The position numbers and the translations under genes were made by a program. 64,000 nt of DNA, taken from IMG/VR virus record IMGVR_UViG_3300037222_000038, positions 4,897-68,896 of that record. The stretch is one strand, 5' to 3'. This document shows, piece by piece, positions 18,740 to 27,712 of the stretch. The number at the start of each line of letters is the position of its first letter. The first letter of the stretch is position 1. The DNA comes from a virus. The notes beneath the pieces are model-generated. The model made no database searches. It had not been told where the DNA came from and worked only from the letters and a program-made list of their open reading frames with translations.

Positions 18740-18912
18740 CCCCGAAACAATCCGAGCAAGCCCTCGCCAAGTCGATGGAACGGCTCGAAGCAGCACAGAT
18801 CAACCTTCCCAAAACCTGCAAGGCATACTCCGACGCCCTCGAAGAACTGGCGAGTGCCATGCTCGACGTGGAAGAGAAGCAAGCGGCATTGGTGGCCGCG
18901 AACAGCAAGTGA
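18736..18912 (+). CDS. Small coiled-coil protein (58 aa)
   Basis: ATGA coupling, AGGA RBS. Confidence 0.55.
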   Translation: MTPKQSEQALAKSMERLEAAQINLPKTCKAYSDALEELASAMLDVEEKQAALVAANSK

Positions 18913-18995
18913 GTACCCAGTCTGGAGCGCACGGACCCGCCAGTGAGCCATGCGGCAATCCGTGCAAGCCAGCGCATAACCCAAAAGGAAATTTC

Positions 18996-19385
18996 ATGCG
19001 CAAACTGACAAACCACAAAGTCAACGGACTGAATGAAGCCATCACGATCACGGTCATGGATGAGCCGGGACCGGGCGGTGCGAATCACATCTACGTTGTT
19101 CGGGCTGGCGTTAAGCCGCGAGTTCGAGACGGCAGTAGTTACTATGCCGACGAACAAACGATTCAATTTCAGAACGGACCGATCGGCGAAGTCGGCGTGA
19201 ACGGCATCAGCGGCGAGGCGCTCATGGCAATCCTCGAAGATCGGCTCAAATCATTCCAGGCCGGCCCCTACGCTTGCCGTGAGAATGCGCTGGCTCTGAC
19301 GCATCTTCAAGAGGCGATGCACTGGCTGCATCACAGGACTCGGGAGCGAATGCAACGAGGCGTCGAAGGAACAATGGCGAAGTAA
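18996..19385 (+). CDS. tad1: Tad1-like anti-defence nucleotide sponge
   Basis: EPGPGGANHIY, FQNGP, DRLKSFQAGPYACRENALALTHLQEAMHW..R..ER..RGVEGT closely follow Tad1 as I recall it. Confidence 0.8.
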   Translation: MRKLTNHKVNGLNEAITITVMDEPGPGGANHIYVVRAGVKPRVRDGSSYYADEQTIQFQNGPIGEVGVNGISGEALMAILEDRLKSFQAGPYACRENALALTHLQEAMHWLHHRTRERMQRGVEGTMAK

Positions 19386-19440
19386 ATCAGCGGCGTGAAT
19401 CGTGGCGAGCCAGCACAATAATCCGCATCGGAGACTTCAA

Positions 19441-19761
19441 ATGCAGCGATCGACCCTCTCTTTAATCGCCTTGTGCATGTTCATGATGCTCGTCGTGTCT
19501 CTGGTCATCGGTTCGGATTCGCACAGGTCATTCGATCCCCAAACCGGCGATGACGTGTTCTACATGCCGTCGAACCGCGAGAGCGACGTGGTGCCTGCCA
19601 AGGTTGTGGCAGCGACTCCCGACAGGATCAGGCTGGCCGTGTTCTTCAAGACGCGCGTGGAATTCATGTGGGTTGATCGAGAGGAGCGGCCAGGAGTTCG
19701 CGGGCATTGGCAGCGAAGTCCGCACTGGAAGGATGGGGCGTTCGAGAGGACTGGCAGATGA
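19441..19761 (+). CDS. Hypothetical protein with N-terminal TM/signal
   Basis: GGAG RBS; GDDVFY...VPAKVV...LAVF. Confidence 0.65.
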   Translation: MQRSTLSLIALCMFMMLVVSLVIGSDSHRSFDPQTGDDVFYMPSNRESDVVPAKVVAATPDRIRLAVFFKTRVEFMWVDREERPGVRGHWQRSPHWKDGAFERTGR

Positions 19762-19934
19762 TGGAAATCGCAATCGGAATCATCGGAGTCGGCTTGTGTC
19801 TCGCGCTCGCCGCGTGCATTGGATTTGCGATGGCCAAGATGTTGCTTGACCAGTGCTGGGATGACGACCCGAACGCGGCCGGGATGAGCGCGGAAGAGTG
19901 GGCTGAAATCAACGGTGAGGATAAGGATTGGTGA
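19758..19934 (+). CDS. Small membrane protein
   Basis: Hydrophobic N-terminus, acidic tail. Confidence 0.55.
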   Translation: MMEIAIGIIGVGLCLALAACIGFAMAKMLLDQCWDDDPNAAGMSAEEWAEINGEDKDW

Positions 19935-19938
19935 TGAA

Positions 19939-20148
19939 ATGCAACTCGAAACGATCAACAAGCTGTACTTGGAGCTGTCGCAGATTGCCACGGCGAAGAC
20001 GGCAAGACAGCTTGAACTTGAGGCCGAAATCGGGCAGGCGCATCACATACTCGACCTGATGAACGTGCCGCGAGAATGTGATGATTCGGATGGCGGCAAA
20101 TCGAAACTTACGCTTCTCGGAAGAATTTGTGAGCTACATCGGCCATGA
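19939..20148 (+). CDS. Hypothetical protein
   Basis: ETINKLYLELSQIATAKT. Confidence 0.65.
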   Translation: MQLETINKLYLELSQIATAKTARQLELEAEIGQAHHILDLMNVPRECDDSDGGKSKLTLLGRICELHRP

Positions 20149-20333
20149 ACCCCGCCATCGGCATCATCGACGGAGCCTGCAATAAGACAGAGCGGGTGTG
20201 CAGCAAGTGCGGCAAACTGTTCATGTCGGACGGCTTGCGGCGTTGCCCGGCGTGCCAGTTCGCGACGCGCGGGATGGCCAATGTGAATCTGCAATCGGGC
20301 GAGCGGAGACGGGGGAAGAGGGAGAACGAATAG
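20145..20333 (+). CDS. Small zinc-finger protein
   Basis: CSKC...CPAC. Confidence 0.6.
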   Translation: MNPAIGIIDGACNKTERVCSKCGKLFMSDGLRRCPACQFATRGMANVNLQSGERRRGKRENE

Positions 20334-20415
20334 GCACATGGTATCGACCGACCGGGGGAAATAACCGACAGGATGTACGGGGCTCCCCCGGCGGTTAAGC
20401 ACATTGAGGTGACGC

Positions 20416-20610
20416 ATGGACGAACACCTGAAGCTGCACGCACATGACTCCCGTAAATGCTGCAATCCGGGGTGTCCGAACTCATCTGAACCGGGATTGA
20501 TTGCCTGCCGGGCAGGTGGTAAGGTGCAGGGGTATTGCAGCATGGCGTGCTTGAGAAGCCATGCTGATTTAGTTGCCAGACACGCCCCCGATTTGAGGCC
20601 CGAGTCATGA
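20416..20610 (+). CDS. Small zinc-finger protein
   Basis: CCNPGC...YCSMAC. Confidence 0.55.
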   Translation: MDEHLKLHAHDSRKCCNPGCPNSSEPGLIACRAGGKVQGYCSMACLRSHADLVARHAPDLRPES

Positions 20611-20804
20611 AGACACAGATCATGGAGCACGTCGAACCGTGCCGTTGCAGGCGCGGGATCGTGCACGACGGCGAGTTATTCTGTTCGGCTTGCGTCGAGG
20701 ATGCCGCAAGAAGGACGCAGCGATTCGAGAGGGAATATGTTGATCCCGAGAAGTCGAAAACGATTGGCCCGGAACGGTATCTGACGACGAGAAAGGTGAC
20801 GTAG
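20607..20804 (+). CDS. Small Cys-rich protein
   Basis: CRC...FCSAC. Confidence 0.55.
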   Translation: MKTQIMEHVEPCRCRRGIVHDGELFCSACVEDAARRTQRFEREYVDPEKSKTIGPERYLTTRKVT

Positions 20805-20805
20805 C

Positions 20806-23010
20806 GTGGCTCTTATCTGGGCGAATAGGGTAAGGGAAAGCACAGTCTCGACTGGCACAGGCACCGTGTCGCTCGCCGGAGTTCCCAATACGACTTTCTT
20901 CCCCTTCAGCGGCATCGGCAACGGCAACACCTGCAAATACGAGATCGACGACGGCGCTGGCAACGTCGAGATGGGGCAGGGCACGTATTCGTCGAGCGGA
21001 AACACCCTCTCGCGGGATTCTGTAGAAACCAGCAGTAACTCGAATTCTCTGGTCAACTTCGGGGCTGGAACCAAGACTGTTAGGCTGGATGTTCCGGCGT
21101 CGATATTCAGTGCGGTTCCAACGTCCGTTGTGAATGATACCAACGTCACTGGATCGCTGTCGGGGAACGTGCTGACGCTCGGATGGACCGGCACTCTGGC
21201 TGCTGGTCGCGTCTCAACTCTCAACCAGAATACGACTGGATCGGCAGCGACACTGACGACGCCGCGAGCGATCTACGGCAACAACTTCGACGGGTCGGCG
21301 GCGCTGGCACAGATCATCACGTCCGTTTACGGCGGCACGGGCAACGGGTTCACGAAATTCAGCGGCCCGGCGTCCAGCGAAAAGACATTCACGCTTCCCA
21401 ACGCATCGGCCAATGTGCTTACGGATAATGCCGCGGTGACGGTCGCGCAGGGTGGTTCAGGCGCTGCCTCATTCACGGCCTATGCTGTCATCTGTGGAGG
21501 TACGACATCGACCGGAGCACTGCAAAACGTCTCGGGCGTCGGTACATCAGGGCAGTTGCTAACGTCTGGTGGGGCAGGTGCACTGCCGACATGGACAACG
21601 GTTTCGGCAGGAGCATCAGTCGGCAATCCGGGTGGCGGTGCACAGGTCAATCTGGTCGGAGCGAACGGTTCGGCAGCAACGGCGTTGCGAACCGATTGCG
21701 TGCTGATTCTAGACCAGACGATTGCCCCCAGCATGTCCGGGGCATGGACGTTTACCAACAAATCCGCCGTCACGATTACGCAGGCGGTGATTGCCACGGC
21801 ATCCCCCGCATCCGCCCTCACCGTCACCACAGGAACACACACAGCCTTAACTGCTGGTAGCAACTTCATCGCCGGTCTCTTCGACGCTCTGACGAATCAG
21901 CCACAGTTCGCAACAGGTGCACAATCCGTCTTTACGCCGTGGGTCTTCAAAGGCTCGAAGCCTAAGTACGTGGGTGCCACTACCTGTGCCGCATTCTCAA
22001 CCGTCGATATCAATAGCGCTGGGGATGCGACAGGGACGAATTGCACTGCAATCACGAACAACTACTTTCTGACTTGCGGTGGTGCGGCGAGTCCTGTGTT
22101 CAGCGTGAACAGCGTGGGTTCAGCTATAGTGGTAAGTGGTAGCAACGTGGCCAGCTTTGTTAGCACCGGAGTTTCATGCAGCAATACAGGTTCTGGAATT
22201 GCTAACGCATCCTTCGGTGTCGCAAGCCAAGGGACTGTTGCGGTTACTGCGGGTCACGGAAACCATACTATTACGGTCGGAATGGGAAGCATTTTTGGAG
22301 CACAATTAACAATCTACGGTTCTGGTATTACTGCAGCGCTCAGTGCGTTTTATTTAAAGGGCGGTGTATACATTGGCGGTACACCAGGTGATTGCATAAT
22401 TCAAGCTGGTAATCCGGCATCTGTTGCTAATACGAACGGAGCAAATCTTGTACTTGCTGGCGGCGTTGGCACTGGAACTGGCGGCGGTGGTGACATCAAT
22501 TTTCGGTATGCAGCAGTCGGCGTAAGTAGTTCGACGCCAAACACGCTCGCAACGTGCATGACTATTAGCGGGACGACTGGACTCGTCAGCAAGTACAACG
22601 CCGTCGCCACCGCAGGTCTTGGCGTCCCCGCAATCTACGGCCAAGGCCGTACGGTTGGTGCCACTGCTGCTGTCTCAAGCGTGGCATCCTACACGCTCCC
22701 GGCAACAGACGGAACTTATCGAGTATCGGCTAACGTGCTGGTCACAACGGCCACAACGCACGCATTTACCGTGACTGTGGCGTACACCAGCGAAGACAAT
22801 ACATCGCGTGTTCTGACGCTGCAATTCTCCAATCTGGCCGGCACTTTCATCACGTCTATCGCCAATGCGGCAGGCGCAGTACCATACGAAGGCGTGCCGT
22901 TACACATCCGCTGCAAAGCATCCACGGCCATTACAATCGCTTCCGCTGCGGGCGGTGTTTACACTGCGGTCGCGTACAACATCGAAGGAATAATCGAGCA
23001 GTTGGCTTGA
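20806..23010 (+). CDS. Tail fibre / receptor-binding protein
   Basis: ANRVRESTVSTGTGTV N-terminus; G/T/A/S-rich; GGTG fibre repeats. Confidence 0.8.
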   Translation: MALIWANRVRESTVSTGTGTVSLAGVPNTTFFPFSGIGNGNTCKYEIDDGAGNVEMGQGTYSSSGNTLSRDSVETSSNSNSLVNFGAGTKTVRLDVPASIFSAVPTSVVNDTNVTGSLSGNVLTLGWTGTLAAGRVSTLNQNTTGSAATLTTPRAIYGNNFDGSAALAQIITSVYGGTGNGFTKFSGPASSEKTFTLPNASANVLTDNAAVTVAQGGSGAASFTAYAVICGGTTSTGALQNVSGVGTSGQLLTSGGAGALPTWTTVSAGASVGNPGGGAQVNLVGANGSAATALRTDCVLILDQTIAPSMSGAWTFTNKSAVTITQAVIATASPASALTVTTGTHTALTAGSNFIAGLFDALTNQPQFATGAQSVFTPWVFKGSKPKYVGATTCAAFSTVDINSAGDATGTNCTAITNNYFLTCGGAASPVFSVNSVGSAIVVSGSNVASFVSTGVSCSNTGSGIANASFGVASQGTVAVTAGHGNHTITVGMGSIFGAQLTIYGSGITAALSAFYLKGGVYIGGTPGDCIIQAGNPASVANTNGANLVLAGGVGTGTGGGGDINFRYAAVGVSSSTPNTLATCMTISGTTGLVSKYNAVATAGLGVPAIYGQGRTVGATAAVSSVASYTLPATDGTYRVSANVLVTTATTHAFTVTVAYTSEDNTSRVLTLQFSNLAGTFITSIANAAGAVPYEGVPLHIRCKASTAITIASAAGGVYTAVAYNIEGIIEQLA

Positions 23011-23047
23011 TGGTTCAACAGTTTACATCCCCGCTTGGAAATAACTT

Positions 23048-23419
23048 ATGGCACTCGATCGACGTTCGTTCTTCGGTAAGTTCGCAGTGGCGTGCGGCTT
23101 ACCCTTCCTGCTCAAGCCAGACACGGAAACTCACGGATGGACATACAAAGGGACGAGACACCTATGCGTTGGTCCGGCTACAGTGACCAACACAGCAATG
23201 TTCACGGTTGGAGGAGCTGCAAAACCAGTCGTTTCGTACCAGAGCACAGACTACACTGTCGGAGTCGCTGGCGTTCGCGTGCCGTGGACGTTCAATCTGC
23301 AAGACGGCCGAAAGATCGAACTCGACGATGATTTTCGGTTACTCAGCGGCGACGACATGACGCCAGAGCAGTCGAAGGAAGTCATCCAATTGCTGATTAC
23401 CACGATTGTGAAAAGGTAG
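23048..23419 (+). CDS. Hypothetical protein with twin-arginine-like N-terminus
   Basis: DRRSFFGK followed by hydrophobic stretch. Confidence 0.6.
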   Translation: MALDRRSFFGKFAVACGLPFLLKPDTETHGWTYKGTRHLCVGPATVTNTAMFTVGGAAKPVVSYQSTDYTVGVAGVRVPWTFNLQDGRKIELDDDFRLLSGDDMTPEQSKEVIQLLITTIVKR

Positions 23420-23423
23420 GACT

Positions 23424-23849
23424 ATGGCAACATCAACAGCTACATTTACGATGGATTCGACTCTCTTCGGTCAACTCATCCAAGCCGCCTGTCGGCGAAA
23501 TGGGTTTGTAAGTGGCGGAAATCAACTCATCGTGCAAATGCCTCCGGCTTGGACGGCGATGATTCCTGATCCAGCATGGCAACCGCTTGTCAATGGTGAA
23601 CCAAATCCGACGCCACAAGGTCAAGTTGCCAACCCACAGACGCAGATTCAGTATGTCGAACAATGGCTGATCTACAGCGTGTTCGGCACGGTTATCGACG
23701 CCGATATTCATGCCGTTGGGGATGCCACTAAAATCGCTGCGGACGCCGCAGCAGAGGCGACGAACGAGGCGACGAGAGCGGCGAACGTGGCGGCTGCATT
23801 GGCTGCCAAGAATGCGTTGGTTCCGAGCGTCACAGTAGTAGTTCAATAG
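23424..23849 (+). CDS. Tail-associated hypothetical protein
   Basis: Downstream of fibre; IPDP..PNP..NPQT. Confidence 0.65.
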   Translation: MATSTATFTMDSTLFGQLIQAACRRNGFVSGGNQLIVQMPPAWTAMIPDPAWQPLVNGEPNPTPQGQVANPQTQIQYVEQWLIYSVFGTVIDADIHAVGDATKIAADAAAEATNEATRAANVAAALAAKNALVPSVTVVVQ

Positions 23850-23857
23850 GAGAAACG

Positions 23858-24175
23858 ATGCCGTTCGATTTATCACAGAAGATCGTGAACCGTGCCGGAC
23901 AAGAGGTCGTCTATCCCAAATACGGCCGGAACGTGCAGCATGACGTGCTCTCGCTCATCACGGAAGCACTCTGGGAAGCCGGAGGAAACGACCTGAAAAC
24001 AGCGGTCAAGATGGGCGTGTGTGCCGACAGATTGCAGCAGTCAGAGGATCGTGCTACCGTGGAATTGAGCGACGACGACATGTCTCTTGTGCGTCAGGCA
24101 TTGCAGATTGTGAAGTACCCACCCTATCTGGCCGTGTCGATTTCCGCAGCGATTCCCAAGCTGATTGAGGGCTGA
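23858..24175 (+). CDS. Putative tail fibre assembly protein
   Basis: Position; VELSDDDMSLVRQ. Confidence 0.45.
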   Translation: MPFDLSQKIVNRAGQEVVYPKYGRNVQHDVLSLITEALWEAGGNDLKTAVKMGVCADRLQQSEDRATVELSDDDMSLVRQALQIVKYPPYLAVSISAAIPKLIEG

Positions 24176-24177
24176 TT

Positions 24178-24318
24178 GTGCTCGGTTTTGCGTCCATCGG
24201 TGAAGTGGCGATCTGCGAGTTGCCGGCTACGGCAGCGCCGCCGGCACCACAAAAAGGCGTCACGTTTCAGGAGCCATCCATGCAAGGCGCTGTGTTCTTT
24301 AACCCGCAGATGAAGTGA
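24178..24318 (+). CDS. 46-aa microprotein
   Basis: GAGG RBS, GTG start; MLGFASIGEVAI...FQEPSMQGAVFFNPQMK. Confidence 0.6.
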   Translation: MLGFASIGEVAICELPATAAPPAPQKGVTFQEPSMQGAVFFNPQMK

Positions 24319-24322
24319 CATC

Positions 24323-24547
24323 ATGAGACTCTTCAGGTTTTTGTTCTCCGAATACATCGTGATTGCGGTCATTGTCGGGGCTGCCTCAGTGTACGGGTGG
24401 ATCATGCAGGTGCCTGATGTTGACCGCACGCCGATTACCGAGGATGGGCTTGCCGAGATAGCCGAGATGCAGATGCTCATCAAGCAGAATCCAGCGGCCT
24501 TCTCGCGTCAGGAAAAGGAGAAATGGTCCGTTTCCCCGACTGAATAA
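24323..24547 (+). CDS. Small membrane protein
   Basis: N-terminal TM. Confidence 0.55.
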   Translation: MRLFRFLFSEYIVIAVIVGAASVYGWIMQVPDVDRTPITEDGLAEIAEMQMLIKQNPAAFSRQEKEKWSVSPTE

Positions 24548-25131
24548 TGGCAACAACCACATACACTTCAGGTTCTGGTAACTTCACGGTTCCGGCTGGC
24601 GTTACGTCGGTTGTCGGTGAAGCGTGGGGCGATGGCGGCGGCGGCGGCGGTGGCGGCGGCGGCGGCGGTGGCGGTGGCGGTGGCGGGTACTGCAAAAAGA
24701 CGTTGACTGTCAGTCCAGGCGATACGATCGCATATTCTGTCGGGGCTGGCGGATCTGCCGGTTCTGGCGGTGCAATTGGTACGCCTGGTGGAAATGGCAC
24801 AGGCTCGACTTTTACGTACGCTGCTGTTGTCTATACGGGCGGCGGCGGCACTGGCGGCCATGCGGGCGGCGGGGGAGGCGGCGGAACAGGAGGTGGGGGT
24901 GGCACTGCCACGAATGGCGACACCAATACGATTGGCAGCACTGGCGGCAACGCATCTCTTGGAGTTGGCGGAACTGGCGGTGCCGGCGCTCCTCCGACTA
25001 TCGGTAATGGCGGCGGTAATGGCGGCCCCACAAACACTGGTGGTCAAGCAGGAGGTCCAGGTCAGGTCAGTTTTACTTACGTGGCGAATACCGCACACGG
25101 TCAGTCTCTTCTCTTGGTAGGGGCAGGATAA
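24547..25131 (+). CDS. Glycine-rich virion/tail protein
   Basis: YTSGSGNFTVPAGVTSV...WG, poly-Gly, VSPGDTIAYSVGAGG. Confidence 0.75.
   Translation: MATTTYTSGSGNFTVPAGVTSVVGEAWGDGGGGGGGGGGGGGGGGGGYCKKTLTVSPGDTIAYSVGAGGSAGSGGAIGTPGGNGTGSTFTYAAVVYTGGGGTGGHAGGGGGGGTGGGGGTATNGDTNTIGSTGGNASLGVGGTGGAGAPPTIGNGGGNGGPTNTGGQAGGPGQVSFTYVANTAHGQSLLLVGAG
24634..24687 (+). repeat. GGN trinucleotide run encoding 18 consecutive Gly
   Basis: Counted from sequence. Confidence 0.9.
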
Positions 25132-26151
25132 ATGGCCAATGACAGTCAAGCCAGCGCAGCGATCGGTGCCGGTGAAATCTTCAATACGACCGATCTGACG
25201 ACATTCACGGCGGTGTCTGTCGATGCCAAGCTGCCGGGGTGTATGTTGTTCGCCACGGGCGGATCAGGCACAAAACCGACGCCGCTGTATCTCGGATCGG
25301 CGCTCTCTGCGGCATCGCTGCCGATCGTCATTGCCAGCGATCAGGTGGCCGTAGCCGTCAAGCAATCCGGGACGTGGAACATCACGAACGTCAGCGGCAC
25401 GATCAGCCTGCCCACTGGGGCTTCGACATCCGCTAAACAACCCGCGCTGGGAACGGCAGGGACCGCCTCGACGGACGTTATCACGATCCAGGGTATCGCC
25501 AGCATGACGAAGCTGCTGGTGACTCCCGACGCTAACAGCGCCATCAACGTCGCGCAGATGAATGGCGTGGCTACCACGATGGGCAACGGCGTATCGGGCA
25601 CTGGAGTACAGCGCGTCACGATCGCCAGCGACTCGACAGGGCAGGTGGCCTTGGCTGCCGGGTCGGCGGTGATTGGGCATGTTATCGTCGATTCCGGGAC
25701 CGTCACGACTGTCTCGACAGTGGCCGCGGTTACAGCAATCACCAACGCTTTACCCGCTGGAACGAACACGCTCGGCGGCGTCACGAACGTCGGCACAGCG
25801 ACCGGCAGCGGCCTTACCCAAAAGACGTTCGTATCGGCCAATAGCGACAACGCGACGTGCCTGAAGGCGTCGGCTGGGCAGGTGTATTCGATTCAGGCAT
25901 TCAACCTGAACGCAGCACCCCGATACCTGAAGTTCCAGAACAAGGCTACCACGCCTACGATCGGTACTGACACGAACACAAAAGTGATTATGATCCCCGG
26001 CAACACGGCAGGGGCTGGCGTCGTCATCAACTTCCACACGCCGATTCCGTTCTCGACTGGCATCTCATACGGTCTTGTCACGGGCATCGCAAACAACGAT
26101 GATACGTCAGTTGGCGCTGGCGATTGCGTTGTGAATATCGACTACATTTGA
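25132..26151 (+). CDS. Virion structural/tail-associated protein
   Basis: T/G/A/S-rich; LPTGASTSAKQ, VIASDQ; beta-rich C-terminus. Confidence 0.7.
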   Translation: MANDSQASAAIGAGEIFNTTDLTTFTAVSVDAKLPGCMLFATGGSGTKPTPLYLGSALSAASLPIVIASDQVAVAVKQSGTWNITNVSGTISLPTGASTSAKQPALGTAGTASTDVITIQGIASMTKLLVTPDANSAINVAQMNGVATTMGNGVSGTGVQRVTIASDSTGQVALAAGSAVIGHVIVDSGTVTTVSTVAAVTAITNALPAGTNTLGGVTNVGTATGSGLTQKTFVSANSDNATCLKASAGQVYSIQAFNLNAAPRYLKFQNKATTPTIGTDTNTKVIMIPGNTAGAGVVINFHTPIPFSTGISYGLVTGIANNDDTSVGAGDCVVNIDYI

Positions 26152-26158
26152 GGCTGAA

Positions 26159-26284
26159 ATGACCACGATCCTGTACTTCTTCTGGCTGGGATTCAAGGGC
26201 AACGCCTCGGCTGCCGGTGCCGAGTTCGAGAACCCCACGATGCAAGGCCCGACGTTCTCGAATCCTCAAATGTCGGCGTACTAA
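26159..26284 (+). CDS. 41-aa microprotein
   Basis: GAGG RBS; MTTILYFFWLG...FENPTMQGPTFSNPQMSAY. Confidence 0.6.
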   Translation: MTTILYFFWLGFKGNASAAGAEFENPTMQGPTFSNPQMSAY

Positions 26285-26293
26285 GGTGCTTTA

Positions 26294-26701
26294 ATGGACG
26301 ATTTCCTCTCAGATAATCAACGGACGTGGCAGGATGGCGACACGCCCAATCTGACCGTCACGATTCTCGACGGCGCAAGCAATCCGATCCCGCTGTCGAA
26401 CGTCGTGACGCTGAAGCTCGATCAGTGGATTGCACAGGGGAAGGGCTTGCCGGGACTGAAGATCAACAACCGCAAGGGACAGAATGTCCTCAACGCGAAC
26501 AACGTCACGGTCGGGTCAACCAGCGGTCTTGTGACGTGGCAGTTACAGACGGCAGACACGGCCATGCAGGCGAACGATACGACCGTGCTGGAGGAAAAGC
26601 ACTGGTACGAATTCACGCTGACTTATACAGCAGCGGTCGGAACGCTTCAGAAGGCGTACCGGGATTACTACATTGTGCAGAGAAAGACGGTGGTGAAATA
26701 A
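26294..26701 (+). CDS. BppU-like/Ig-like tail protein
   Basis: QDGDTPNLTVTILD...GLVTWQLQTADT...YEFTLTY. Confidence 0.6.
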   Translation: MDDFLSDNQRTWQDGDTPNLTVTILDGASNPIPLSNVVTLKLDQWIAQGKGLPGLKINNRKGQNVLNANNVTVGSTSGLVTWQLQTADTAMQANDTTVLEEKHWYEFTLTYTAAVGTLQKAYRDYYIVQRKTVVK

Positions 26702-27081
26702 ACAGACGCACATTCTTCGGATCGCTTGTGGCGTTTTGTGCCGCGCCGTTCACTCACTGGAGACGAAAACTTCCGGTTAAAACTCCCATCTATGAGTGGG
26801 AAATTTACATTCCGGGATCAAATATTATCACCTATTTGCGAACCAGCGTAGACGAAATACAGCATATCGTCGTAGTCAGGAATGGCGTGGTGCAGAGATT
26901 TGATAAATCTGGATTTCGAGAGGACATACTCCTGATCGGCGGCAACGAAAACATATACCAGTCCAGCGGAAACGCTAGAGATATTGTAAGAATTAATGAG
27001 TGGGAAAAGATGGGTTCATTGCCGACCAAGCCGACCAAGAGATGCTACGACATTGTGCAGAGAAAGACGGCCGTGAAATGA
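26698..27081 (+). CDS. Cargo ORF with twin-arginine-like start; start codon ATA (possibly pseudogene)
   Basis: (I)NRRTFFGSLVAF; ends with duplicated IVQRKTAVK tail. Confidence 0.45.
   Translation: MNRRTFFGSLVAFCAAPFTHWRRKLPVKTPIYEWEIYIPGSNIITYLRTSVDEIQHIVVVRNGVVQRFDKSGFREDILLIGGNENIYQSSGNARDIVRINEWEKMGSLPTKPTKRCYDIVQRKTAVK
27050..27081 (+). repeat. Second copy of 3' end of gene 26294-26701
   Basis: 27050-27079 vs 26670-26699, 28 of 30 identical. Confidence 0.9.
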
Positions 27082-27362
27082 GGACGATCCCGGACATAGA
27101 AAATGCCGCCAAAGTGATGTTCAACATGGGCTTCGACAAGATCATCGGTGAGCATCGAGGCTGCATATTCGGGATTCTACGGAACCGCCGCGAATCCCCG
27201 GTCGAGTATTCCGTGTTCTTATATCAACCGAGCGACGAACACGATATAGATGACCCGGAACTGTTCAATTTTCACGTCGCCGATCATGGGTTCGACACAC
27301 TCTCACAATGCCTTCATTCGGTTTACAGATTCTGTATCGAGATGGGGGAGCGTGCGACGTGA
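27078..27362 (+). CDS. Hypothetical cargo protein
   Basis: ATGA coupled to repeat copy 2. Confidence 0.6.
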   Translation: MRTIPDIENAAKVMFNMGFDKIIGEHRGCIFGILRNRRESPVEYSVFLYQPSDEHDIDDPELFNFHVADHGFDTLSQCLHSVYRFCIEMGERAT

Positions 27363-27640
27363 TTGAATTTGTAGGAGGTCCACTAGACGGAGAGAAGCAC
27401 GAAGAACGGCACGTTGCTGGTCCCGGAGTATGCCAGAACATTCTATTTCCAAGAGATCGTGGCGTCGGAGTCGCGATGTATGAATACATCGAAGTGTGGC
27501 CTGACTCTGAACAACAGCCATCTAATTATTCCGGGAAAGTAAAGTTCATTGGATATTTCAACCAAAGAATGCAGAGGCTTCGCGCTAATGGAACAAAATA
27601 TCCACATCGCAGAAAATCGAGACGCAATCGCTCAAGATAG
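27359..27640 (+). CDS. Hypothetical cargo protein
   Basis: FVGGPLDG start motif common in phage ORFs. Confidence 0.65.
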   Translation: MIEFVGGPLDGEKHEERHVAGPGVCQNILFPRDRGVGVAMYEYIEVWPDSEQQPSNYSGKVKFIGYFNQRMQRLRANGTKYPHRRKSRRNRSR

Positions 27641-27712
27641 GCAGCGGTCGGGACGCTTTCAAAAAGCTACAGAGATTTCTATGTGGTCCAAAGAAAGACA
27701 GTTGTGAAATGA
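27641..27712 (+). pseudogene. 72-bp orphan 3' end homologous to gene 26294-26701
   Basis: AAVGTLSKSYRDFYVVQRKTVVK* vs AAVGTLQKAYRDYYIVQRKTVVK*. Confidence 0.85.
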
